Of a stretch of 64,000 nucleotides of DNA, positions 8,320 to 16,739 are shown piece by piece. The stretch spans positions 5,094 through 69,093 of the forward strand of contig DASZSB010000086.1 of NCBI GenBank assembly GCA_035548835.1. The letters are read 5' to 3'. The notes below the pieces were generated by a model. The model searched no databases and was not told where the DNA came from. It worked only from the letters and a program-made list of their open reading frames with translations. The stretch is from Gammaproteobacteria bacterium (GTDB taxonomy: Bacteria; Pseudomonadota; Gammaproteobacteria; Steroidobacterales; Rariloculaceae). The position numbers and the translations under genes were made by a program. Each line of letters starts with the position of its first letter. Positions within the stretch are counted from its first letter, which is position 1.

Positions 8320-9269
8320 TGGACCGGCGGCAGTTCATGGGTCACGGCGCGCTGCTCGCGCTCGCGGCTTACGCGGGACGCGCCGGTGCGCAGGACGTGC
8401 CGCGCAGCTCGTTTGCCGCCGGCGCCACCGCGGAGGAAGTCACGGCCGGCATCGACCTTGCCGGCAAGACCATCGTCGTGACCGGCTGCAACTCCGGCAT
8501 CGGCCTCGAGACGATGCGCGTGCTCGCGTTGCGCGGCGCGCACGTGATTGGCACGGCGCGCACGCTCGAGCGCGGGCGCGAAGCTTGCGCAGGCGTCCAG
8601 GGCAAGGCCACGCCGGTGGTGCTCGAGCTCAGCGATTTCGATTCCGTGGTGGCGTGCGCGAACGAGATCCGCGCGCTGAACGTGCCCGTCGACGCGCTCG
8701 TCTGCAACGCCGGCGTGCTGCTGACGGAGCTCGAGCAGGTGCGCGGGCTCGAGATGCAGTTCGTCGTGAACCATCTCGGGCACTTCATCTTCGTGAGCCG
8801 CCTGCTCGAGCGCGTGACGGCAGCGCCGCAGGGCCGCGTCGTCGTCGTCGGCAGCATCGCGCACCGGCAGGTGCCGCCGGGCGGCATCCAGTTCGACAAT
8901 CTCTCGGGCAGGGGCTGGGAACGGCAGGCCTACGGCCACTCGAAGCTCGCGAACGGCCTGTTCTCGCTCGAGCTCTCGAAGCGCCTGGCCGGCACGCGTG
9001 CGACGTCGAACTCGTTGCATCCGGGCGTCGTGGCCACGAACATCATGCGCAACACGAATTTTCGCGGCGGCGGCATGAACTGGGAGACGCCGGCGCAGGG
9101 GGCCGCCACGAGTTGCTACCTCGCGAGCAACCCGAAGCTCGCGCGCGTGACGGGTCAGTACTTCGCCGACTGCAACCCGGCCGAGCAGAGCGACTACCAG
9201 AAGGATCCCGCCATGGCCGCGAAGCTGTGGAAGGTGTCCGAGGATCTCACGCGGCCATATCTCGCCTGA
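8319..9269 (+). CDS. Short-chain dehydrogenase/reductase with a twin-arginine signal peptide
   Basis: MDRRQFMGHGALLALAAYAGRAGAQD has a Tat-like RRxFM motif. TGCNSGIG is the cofactor motif and YGHSK the catalytic YxxxK. The ATG overlaps the upstream TGA (gtGATGg). Confidence 0.8.
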   Translation: MDRRQFMGHGALLALAAYAGRAGAQDVPRSSFAAGATAEEVTAGIDLAGKTIVVTGCNSGIGLETMRVLALRGAHVIGTARTLERGREACAGVQGKATPVVLELSDFDSVVACANEIRALNVPVDALVCNAGVLLTELEQVRGLEMQFVVNHLGHFIFVSRLLERVTAAPQGRVVVVGSIAHRQVPPGGIQFDNLSGRGWERQAYGHSKLANGLFSLELSKRLAGTRATSNSLHPGVVATNIMRNTNFRGGGMNWETPAQGAATSCYLASNPKLARVTGQYFADCNPAEQSDYQKDPAMAAKLWKVSEDLTRPYLA

Positions 9270-9522
9270 CGGCACGCGTCGGGCTGCAGCCCGCTGCGCC
9301 CGCGCGGCCGACTCATCGCGCACCTCGCCGATCGCTCCCGCGTCCAGCGCCGCGGTTGCGGGGAGCGCTTGAACATAATCGCCGCGCGGCGCAGGCCTCC
9401 CGACTGCGTCGAGCGCTTGCCAGTCAGCGGGCGTTGATCGCATATTTAAGCGCCGTCGTCCGACTCTCGAGGTCGGAACGAAGAACAACAACAAGAGCGC
9501 GCTCCTCGGGGGGGAAGGAAAC

Positions 9523-10305
9523 ATGAAGACGTGTCCGGATTGCGCCGAGTCCGTTCAGGACGAAGCGCGCAAGTGTCGGTATTGCGGATACCGGTTCGAC
9601 GGGGCAGGCAGTGCGTCGACCTCGATCTCGGCCAAGGACGAGCAGGCGTCGCCGGACGGCAAGACGAGCGCGAAGCCGCCGGCGCGCCGCAAGCGAAGGT
9701 CATCGTCCGGGCGAGGTGCGGGGCAGCCGGCGGTCGTGTCGTCCACGCCCGAGACGGCGGCGCGAGCCGGTTCCAATGGTCCGTTCCTGCTGATCGCCAT
9801 CGGCGGGCTGATCGTCGCGATCGGCGGCGCGATCCTGGTCGCCGCGAACGCCGTCGATGTCGGCTACTGGGGGTACGCCGTGGATGCGCTGATCTTCGGC
9901 GGGCTGTTTCTCGCGGCAGGCTGGGGCACGTTGCTCCGGCGCGGGGAGGCGGAGTTCTGGCCGTTGATCGGCAGCCTCGTACTGACCGCTGCTGGCGTCG
10001 CCAGCACCGTGTTCTTGCTCAACGATGACGAGTTCAGCCTTTTTCTTGCCGTGATGATCGGCAACTTGGGTCTCGCGGCTTGCGCCATGATGCACCTGGA
10101 AGCGCTCGATCTCGAAGGCATGGACGGCACTCGTCTCGCCGCGATGTTGGCCGCTGGCGGGTTCGTGGTGGCGATCGTGTCGTCCTCCAGGCAATTTCCC
10201 GAGGCGTTCACGGTTCTCGGCTTGTGGGTGGGCACGATCGGAACGATCGTCTTCGGCGGTGCGCTCGCGGTCAGCGCGGGGATGCGCGGGCTCGAGCGGG
10301 CCTAG
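9523..10305 (+). CDS. Zinc-ribbon domain membrane protein
   Basis: N-terminal CPDC...CRYC zinc ribbon, a Ser/Lys/Pro/Arg-rich linker, then about 5 TM helices. GGAAGGAAAC precedes the ATG. Confidence 0.65.
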   Translation: MKTCPDCAESVQDEARKCRYCGYRFDGAGSASTSISAKDEQASPDGKTSAKPPARRKRRSSSGRGAGQPAVVSSTPETAARAGSNGPFLLIAIGGLIVAIGGAILVAANAVDVGYWGYAVDALIFGGLFLAAGWGTLLRRGEAEFWPLIGSLVLTAAGVASTVFLLNDDEFSLFLAVMIGNLGLAACAMMHLEALDLEGMDGTRLAAMLAAGGFVVAIVSSSRQFPEAFTVLGLWVGTIGTIVFGGALAVSAGMRGLERA

Positions 10306-10317
10306 GCGCCGCGAGGC

Positions 10318-11268
10318 ATGGCACCCCTGTTGCTCGACAACGAGCGAGGTGTGGGCCTCCCGCTGGCCTGGGTTGTCGCCGCCGTCCTGATCGCCGTCGT
10401 TCTGGCCGCACCGCAGCGCGGCATGGGGCAGGTCGTGCCCGCGAAGCCGTTCTCGCTGGATGACAGCCGGTACTTGCCGCGGAGTGCACCGGCCTCCGAG
10501 CCCATGACGCCGCGCATGATCGACGCGGTGGGCCGCACCGGAGGGCGCCGCGCGGAATCCGTGTACGGCCCGGGCTGCGACGCGCGCGCCGTCGCGGCGT
10601 TCTTCGGGCCCGATCTCCTGCCCGCCGAGTTCGTCGTGGTGCCCGGATCGAGCTTCCTGGCCCGCCCGCAGAGCGCTGCCGACAAAGCCGCAGCGATCGC
10701 GTTCGAGCTCAAGCTGATCCTGAACCATCTGCAAGGCAACGGCGACGCCGTGGCCGGGCGGCACCACCTGTGCGTGGGCATCTATGACTTCGGCGAAGAG
10801 ATCAATGCCATGGCACAGAGCGAGGGCTACGTCATGGTGGATCCGCGGCTCATCACGATTCTCACGCGTGAAGGCGGCGGTCTGCTCATATCGACTTTCG
10901 AGAAATTCGTGTACTACCACGAGCTTGCCCACGCCTTGCAGTACTGGAACCCGGCGCTGATGTTTCACGATGCAACCGCCCGCCGCAGCGAGTTGGTCGC
11001 GGACTGCGTGGCCGGCGCATTGCTCGCGTCGACGGATTCCAGCGACTTCCTGCGCACCTTCGAGCAGGAGAGGTTCGTGCGGCAGGCCGCAGCCGTCGGC
11101 GATTGGGACGTTTTTTCCACGGATCATCACGGGATCCCCGCCGAGCGGGCCAACGCCGTGCGGACAGGGGCGGGCATCGCGGCGACACGGGCCGCACAGG
11201 CCGGGGGGTCAACGCGCGGCATCACGTCCGAGTGGTTGCTGCAGCGCTGCAACGAAGCCGAGCGTTAG
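10318..11268 (+). CDS. Membrane-anchored putative neutral zinc metallopeptidase (YpfJ-like)
   Basis: N-terminal TM helix. HELAH (HExxH) is followed by ELVADCVAG, resembling the HExxH...ADCFAG arrangement of YpfJ-type peptidases. Lies 12 nt downstream of the zinc-ribbon gene. Confidence 0.55.
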   Translation: MAPLLLDNERGVGLPLAWVVAAVLIAVVLAAPQRGMGQVVPAKPFSLDDSRYLPRSAPASEPMTPRMIDAVGRTGGRRAESVYGPGCDARAVAAFFGPDLLPAEFVVVPGSSFLARPQSAADKAAAIAFELKLILNHLQGNGDAVAGRHHLCVGIYDFGEEINAMAQSEGYVMVDPRLITILTREGGGLLISTFEKFVYYHELAHALQYWNPALMFHDATARRSELVADCVAGALLASTDSSDFLRTFEQERFVRQAAAVGDWDVFSTDHHGIPAERANAVRTGAGIAATRAAQAGGSTRGITSEWLLQRCNEAER

Positions 11269-11344
11269 CCGGGCTCGACCGGGCCGCGGGCGATGACGCC
11301 TGGCGGCAGCGAAGCGCCGCTGCACGTGAGCGCGGCGACGCCGG

Positions 11345-12085
11345 TCAAGCGCCCGGCAGCAGATGCGACGCGCTGAATTTCCTCGGGTCGGCGAGAATCT
11401 CCCAGATCGCGGTGCGCGATCGGTCGATGTCGCGAGCGAGTGGCGGATCTGCGTCCTCGAGCAGCGAATGCAGCCGGAGGAACAACAGGTCGTACGAGCG
11501 GCGCAGCTCGGCGAGCGTCGCCGTTCCGTGCTGCGCGTGGTATGCGCGGAACCCCTCGAGCAGATCCTCCGACTGGGTCTTGACGGCGACCTTGGTCAGC
11601 AGGCCGATCGCCTTCGTCTGTCGGAGGCGCGCGACGAGCGCAGCGAAGTCCAGCGTCTCGGCGGACGGGACCGATGCAACCGCGGACGGAACGGGATCGC
11701 GCGCGATTGCAGGTCCCTGAACGCCGGACGCGCCGGCCCGCAAACCGCCGGCCGGATACGACGAAGCGCCGGCCCTCGCGGCCGCCGGTGCCGCGCGATC
11801 CGTCGCCGATGGCAGCGCGGCAACCGCCGCCGCATCGCCCTGCGATGGCGCGGACTGCGAACCCGATGACGCCGCAGACGCGGCGCCCGGCGCCTCGGCA
11901 GGATCAGGCGCGAGCGGCCCCGAAGAATCCGGACTCGTGGCTTCGGGCGGGCGCTCGGCAGAGGGTGTAGTGGCGGCCGCGGCAGGCCGGGGCTCGCCGC
12001 CGGTCACCGCTGCCGGCCCGCGCCCGTTCTCGATCTCGCCGCAGCCCGCGGCCGCGAGGCATGACAGCGCGACGAGGACGCCCAT
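11345..12085 (-). CDS. Lipoprotein with a long low-complexity linker, function unknown
   Basis: Start at MGVLVALSCLAAAGC (lipobox LAAAGC). A Pro/Ala/Ser-rich region is followed by a helical C-terminal domain. The tracked ORF extends upstream to 12379 without support. Confidence 0.55.
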   Translation of the reverse strand: MGVLVALSCLAAAGCGEIENGRGPAAVTGGEPRPAAAATTPSAERPPEATSPDSSGPLAPDPAEAPGAASAASSGSQSAPSQGDAAAVAALPSATDRAAPAAARAGASSYPAGGLRAGASGVQGPAIARDPVPSAVASVPSAETLDFAALVARLRQTKAIGLLTKVAVKTQSEDLLEGFRAYHAQHGTATLAELRRSYDLLFLRLHSLLEDADPPLARDIDRSRTAIWEILADPRKFSASHLLPGA

Positions 12086-12423
12086 TGCGTTCGCGCGGCC
12101 GTTCACTTGCGGTGTTCCTGTGCTGGCACGAATCAAGCTCCGAGATCGAGCAGGCGTCCCGAGGGCGCCAACGTTGAGGCTATTTCCGCACGGACCGCCT
12201 GAATACAGACTGAACGGCTCGGGGGTCGTTCGAGGCTCGAGCGCTGAACACGCGGTCCGTGGCCGAGCGCGTGTCCGCACGCGGCCGCTCGGACGCCTGC
12301 CGCCACCGTTGTCGCCGCGGGGTCTGGTGATAACATCCCGCGAACCGTCCGGCGCTCGCTGCGAGCCGGCGAACTTCATGCCTTTCGCAACGAATCTGCC
12401 TGAACCGACAAAGGGATCTTGAA

Positions 12424-13482
12424 ATGCAGTACTCGCGCCTCGGTGGCACCGGCCTCATCGTCTCCAGATTCGCGCTCGGCAGCATGACGTTCGGCTCCGA
12501 TCCCACGGGGCCGTTCGCGAGCACCTACAAGGTGGACCAGGCGGGCGCCAACGACCTGGTCGCGCGTGCGATCGACGCGGGCGTGAACTACTTCAACTCG
12601 GCCGACGTGTACGCCGGCGGCGATTCCGAGCGCATGCTCGGCAAGGCGATCGGCGCCAGGCGCCAGCAGGTGGTGATCGCAACGAAGGTGGGCAACCGCA
12701 TGGGGCCGGGACTCGTGGAGGCCGGACTGTCGCGCCGGCACGTCCTCTCGGCCGCGGATGCGAGCCTGACCCGGCTCGGCACCGACTACATCGACGTGTA
12801 CCTCGTGCACAAGGTCGACGCGCTGACGCCGGTCGAGGAGACGCTCGATGCGCTCGAGGCGCTCGTGCGCGCGGGCAAGGTCCGCTACGTCGGCTTCTCG
12901 AACTGGCCGGCATGGATGGCCGCGAAGGCCGTCGGCATCCAGCGCGCACGCGGCTACGAGCAGTTCCGCGGCGCCGAGATGTACTACTCGCTCGTGGGCC
13001 GCGACCTCGAGCACGAGGTGGCGCCGTTCTGTCTCGACGCCGGCATCGGCGTCATGGTGTGGAGCCCGCTCGCGGGCGGCTTCCTGAGCGGCAAGTACAC
13101 GCGTGCGAAACCGAAGGGCGAGAGCGGCGACCGGCTCTCGGGCTTCGAGTTCCTGCCGTACGACAAGGAGCGCGGCTACCAGCTCATCGATCTTCTGCAT
13201 TCCATCGGAGCGAAGCACGGCGCGACGCCGGCGCAGGTGGCGCTCGCGTGGCTGCTGACGCGGCCCGTCGTCGCGTCGGTGCTCGTGGGCGCGTCGAACC
13301 GCCGGCAGCTCGACGAGAATCTGAAGGCGGCCGACGTGCAGCTCACGGGCGAAGATCTCGCGGCGCTCGACGCGGCCTCGAAGCCCACGGCCATTTACCC
13401 GAACTGGTTCAACGAGCGCGTCGTGGACGGCAAGCAGTACAAGGCGCTCGGGCTGCCGCTCGCGGTTCCGCCGGTGCGCTGA
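12424..13482 (+). CDS. Aldo/keto reductase
   Basis: 352 aa. MQYSRLGGTGLIVSRFALGSMTFG, YIDVYLVH and RYVGFSNW are typical AKR motifs. Confidence 0.85.
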   Translation: MQYSRLGGTGLIVSRFALGSMTFGSDPTGPFASTYKVDQAGANDLVARAIDAGVNYFNSADVYAGGDSERMLGKAIGARRQQVVIATKVGNRMGPGLVEAGLSRRHVLSAADASLTRLGTDYIDVYLVHKVDALTPVEETLDALEALVRAGKVRYVGFSNWPAWMAAKAVGIQRARGYEQFRGAEMYYSLVGRDLEHEVAPFCLDAGIGVMVWSPLAGGFLSGKYTRAKPKGESGDRLSGFEFLPYDKERGYQLIDLLHSIGAKHGATPAQVALAWLLTRPVVASVLVGASNRRQLDENLKAADVQLTGEDLAALDAASKPTAIYPNWFNERVVDGKQYKALGLPLAVPPVR

Positions 13483-13537
13483 ACGTCCGCTTTATGGGCC
13501 ACTCTAATACGCCGGGACACCGGCTCGCATACCCCTC

Positions 13538-14392
13538 GTGACAGCACCCTCGACCCGGCTCTTGGAACGACGCACGCTCCGGCGCTGGCCGTTGTTCGTC
13601 GCGACCGTGCTCGCGTTGGCGCTGCTCGGCATCGCAGCCGCGGCACCGCGGCCGTTCCGCGAATACCCCGGCGTCGAGCACGAAGACCTGCCGTTGCCTC
13701 CCGGTTACAACGTGCCGGCCGAATGGACGTTCGCGCGCCTGATGTATCCGCCGTGGGGCGATCGCTATGGCACGGAGTGGCAGTACGGCCGCAGCAACTG
13801 GACCATCGACTACCCCGTCGCGGATCGGCACGTGGCGGTCATGGTGAAGCGGCTGACGTCCATCGACACGCGCTCCTCCGAGCAGCCCGTGAACCTCGAC
13901 GACGACGACGACGTGTTCTACTGGCCGTGGCTGTACGCGGTCGAAGTCGGCCACTGGGATCTGACGGACGCCCAGGCGGCGAAACTGCGCGAGTACCTCA
14001 CGCGCGGCGGTTTCCTGATGGTCGACGATTTCCATGGCAGCCAGGAATGGGCCGTGTTCGTCGAGAGCATGCGACGCGTGTTCCCGGACCGGCCCATTGT
14101 CGAGATTCCGAACGACGACCAGATCTTCCACATGTTCTGGGACCTGGACGACCGCGTGCAGGTGCCGGGCGCCCAGTTCCTGTACAGCCACCGTGTCTAC
14201 GAGCAGGACGGCGTCGTCCCGCACTGGCGCGCGATCTACGACGACAAGGGCCGGATCATGGTGGCCATCTGCCACGACATGGATCTCGGTGATTCGGTCG
14301 AGCACTCCGACAATCCGCTGTATCCCGAGAAGTACTCCGCGCAGGGCATGCGCACGTTCATCAACTACATCCTGTATTCGATGACGCACTGA
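13538..14392 (+). CDS. DUF4159 domain protein
   Basis: 284 aa with a GTG start and an N-terminal TM helix. Motifs YWPWLY, GGFLMVDDFHG and VAICHDMDLGD match what I recall for DUF4159. Confidence 0.7.
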   Translation: MTAPSTRLLERRTLRRWPLFVATVLALALLGIAAAAPRPFREYPGVEHEDLPLPPGYNVPAEWTFARLMYPPWGDRYGTEWQYGRSNWTIDYPVADRHVAVMVKRLTSIDTRSSEQPVNLDDDDDVFYWPWLYAVEVGHWDLTDAQAAKLREYLTRGGFLMVDDFHGSQEWAVFVESMRRVFPDRPIVEIPNDDQIFHMFWDLDDRVQVPGAQFLYSHRVYEQDGVVPHWRAIYDDKGRIMVAICHDMDLGDSVEHSDNPLYPEKYSAQGMRTFINYILYSMTH

Positions 14393-14411
14393 GCCCGCGC
14401 GGCCGCGGCCC

Positions 14412-15596
14412 TCACGCGGGTTTCTCGCCGACGTAACGCGCGCGCGGCCGGATGATTGCATCGTGCGCGTACTGCTCGATCGCGTGGCCGATCCAGCCGA
14501 TCGTGCGGCCGATCGCGAACAGCGTCAGCGCCGCGCCGTCGGGCAGTCCCAGCCCCCTGGCGAGCGCCACGAGCGCGAAGTCGACGTTCGGGGCCTCGCC
14601 GAGCACGCTCGCAGCCGCGTCCGCGACCTGACGGGAGAACGCGCCGCTCTTCGACTTCGGCAGCATCGCGAGCAGCGCCACGGCACGTGGATCGCCGGCC
14701 GGATACAGCGGATGGCCGAGCCCGTCGACGTGCTCGCCGCGGCGCAGTCTGTCCGCTATCGCGGTATGCAGGTCCGGCGCGCGCTTGAGCGACGTGAACA
14801 ACGCCTCGATGCGGCCCGTCGTGCCGCCGTGCTTCGTGCCCTCGAGGGCAGCGAGGCCGGCGATCACGACGCCATACGGCGAGCCGCCCGCGGATGCCAC
14901 GCAGCGCGCGGTGAACGTCGAGACGTTCAGCTCGTGGTCCGCACAGAGGATCAGCGCCGACCGCAGCAGTGGCGCGGCGGCTGGAACGCGCCAGGCTTGC
15001 GCGAGCGCGGCCTCGAGCGTCGGCTCGTCGGTGCGGCCGCCGCTGGCGACGGCGCTGAGCAGCTTCAGGATCCGCCAGCCGGTCTGGGCGACGGCGCGCG
15101 GCCGCAGGTCGTAGCCGGCCGCATCCTTCGCCGCGGCCAGCGCGAGCGTGGCCTGCGCGCGCGCCACGAACGGCGCGTCGCCGGCGAGCCTCGGCGCCGT
15201 CGTTTTCGACGCCGAGTCGAGCGCCAGTCCGTCCTCGGCGCCGGTCCACAGCAGCGCCGCGACGCCGGCGAGCGACGTCGTGCGCGCGAGCTCGGCCGCA
15301 TCGCGGCCGCGGTAGTACATGCGGCCGTCCGCGATCAGCGTGATCGCGGACTCGAGGATCGGCAGTCCCCAGTGCAGCGCGTGCTCGGCGGCTTTGCCCG
15401 GATTGCGGCGCTCGTCGGCGCGTGCGCGCAGGCGCTCGATGTCGTCGCGGGCGTAGCGGCGGTTGCGCGTCTTGCCTGCCGTGGCCTCGGAGCGGATGCG
15501 GCCGCGACTCACGTACGCGTACAGCGTGGCGCGGCTCACGCCGAGCAGCTTCGTGGCTTCGGCGGCACTGACCCAGGAGTCGTTCGTGGTTTGCAT
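14412..15596 (-). CDS. Citrate-synthase-family protein with an N-terminal excisionase/MerR-type HTH
   Basis: 394 aa. The HTH is SAAEATKLLGVSRATLYAYVSRGRI. The citrate-synthase fold follows, with ADHELNVST, GLGHPLY and PNVDF (all three canonical catalytic positions present by eye). Confidence 0.75.
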   Translation of the reverse strand: MQTTNDSWVSAAEATKLLGVSRATLYAYVSRGRIRSEATAGKTRNRRYARDDIERLRARADERRNPGKAAEHALHWGLPILESAITLIADGRMYYRGRDAAELARTTSLAGVAALLWTGAEDGLALDSASKTTAPRLAGDAPFVARAQATLALAAAKDAAGYDLRPRAVAQTGWRILKLLSAVASGGRTDEPTLEAALAQAWRVPAAAPLLRSALILCADHELNVSTFTARCVASAGGSPYGVVIAGLAALEGTKHGGTTGRIEALFTSLKRAPDLHTAIADRLRRGEHVDGLGHPLYPAGDPRAVALLAMLPKSKSGAFSRQVADAAASVLGEAPNVDFALVALARGLGLPDGAALTLFAIGRTIGWIGHAIEQYAHDAIIRPRARYVGEKPA

Positions 15597-15597
15597 G

Positions 15598-15620
15598 TTG
15601 ATTGGTCAATCAATATTGAC
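15598..15620. promoter_or_regulatory. Overlapping inverted repeats in the divergent promoter region (candidate operator)
   Basis: TTGATTG-GT-CAATCAA (15598..15613) overlaps GTCAAT-CAAT-ATTGAC (15605..15620). The patch is A/T-rich and lies between the start codons at 15596 (-) and 15652 (+). Confidence 0.5.
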
Positions 15621-15651
15621 GAAAGACTGACTCAAACATACGGTACTCGCC

Positions 15652-16734
15652 ATGAATGCGCAAACCGAAGTGAATGTTTCGAGTGGTCTCGAGGGCGTCG
15701 TCGCGGCCGCCACGCGGCTCAGCATGGTGGACGGGGAGCGGGGGGATCTCGTGATCGCCGGCATGCGGCTCCCGCAGCTCGCGGCGCGGCCGTTCGAGGA
15801 CGTCGTGGCGGCACTGTGGGAAGCCGCGGGCACGCACGGTGCAAAGCGCGTCGCCGCGGCTCCCGTCTCCCCGGCGACGATCGCGCTGCTGCGCGACGCC
15901 GCGGCGCGCCGCGTGGACCCGATGGACGCGCTGCGCATGGCTGTTGGCACGCTGACGGCGGCGGGCGATCTCGACGCCGCGCAGGTGCTGGTCGGTGCCG
16001 CACCGACGATCGCCGCCGCCTACGCGCGGTTGCTGCGCGGCGCCGAGCCGTTGCCACCGCGGGCCGATCTCGGCCTCGCGGCCAACTACCTGTACATGCT
16101 GACGGGCGCCGAGCCGCACGCCGAGCTCGTGCGCGGGCTCGACACCTACCTCGCGACGGTCTCGGATCACGGCCTGAACGCGTCCACGTTCACCGCGCGC
16201 GTGATCGTGTCCACGGGCTCCGACTTCGTCTCGGCCGCGACGGGCGCCATCGGCGCGCTGAAGGGCCCGCTGCATGGCGGCGCGCCGGGGCCGGCGCTCG
16301 ACATGGTGTTCGAGATCGGCGAGGCCGCGCGCGCGGAAGCCGTGCTGCGGCAGAAGATCGAGCGCGGCGAGCGGCTCATGGGTTTCGGCCACCGCGTGTA
16401 CAAGGTGCGCGACCCGCGGGCCGACGCGCTCGCGGCCGCGGCCGCGCGCATGTTCGCGCACGCGGGCGACGCGAAGCTGTACGAGCTCGCGCGCTCGGTC
16501 GAGGCCGTGGCCCTGCGGTTGCTCGAAGAGTACAAGCCCGGCCGGCGCCTGCAGACGAACGTCGAGTTCTACACGGCGCTGCTGCTGCACGGGCTCGGGC
16601 TCGACACCGCGTTCTTCACGCCCACGTTCGCGATCGGCCGCATGGCGGGCTGGACCGCCCATGCGTTCGAGCAGCGCGCGCTCGGCCGGCTGATCCGGCC
16701 GCAGAGCGTGTACGTGGGGCGCATGCCGGCGTAG
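15652..16734 (+). CDS. Citrate synthase / 2-methylcitrate synthase family protein
   Basis: 360 aa with SDHGLNAST, GPLHGGA and GFGHRVYKVRDPRA. The third catalytic position reads NVEF (Glu) rather than the usual NVDF (Asp). Confidence 0.75.
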   Translation: MNAQTEVNVSSGLEGVVAAATRLSMVDGERGDLVIAGMRLPQLAARPFEDVVAALWEAAGTHGAKRVAAAPVSPATIALLRDAAARRVDPMDALRMAVGTLTAAGDLDAAQVLVGAAPTIAAAYARLLRGAEPLPPRADLGLAANYLYMLTGAEPHAELVRGLDTYLATVSDHGLNASTFTARVIVSTGSDFVSAATGAIGALKGPLHGGAPGPALDMVFEIGEAARAEAVLRQKIERGERLMGFGHRVYKVRDPRADALAAAAARMFAHAGDAKLYELARSVEAVALRLLEEYKPGRRLQTNVEFYTALLLHGLGLDTAFFTPTFAIGRMAGWTAHAFEQRALGRLIRPQSVYVGRMPA

Positions 16735-16739
16735 CCAAC

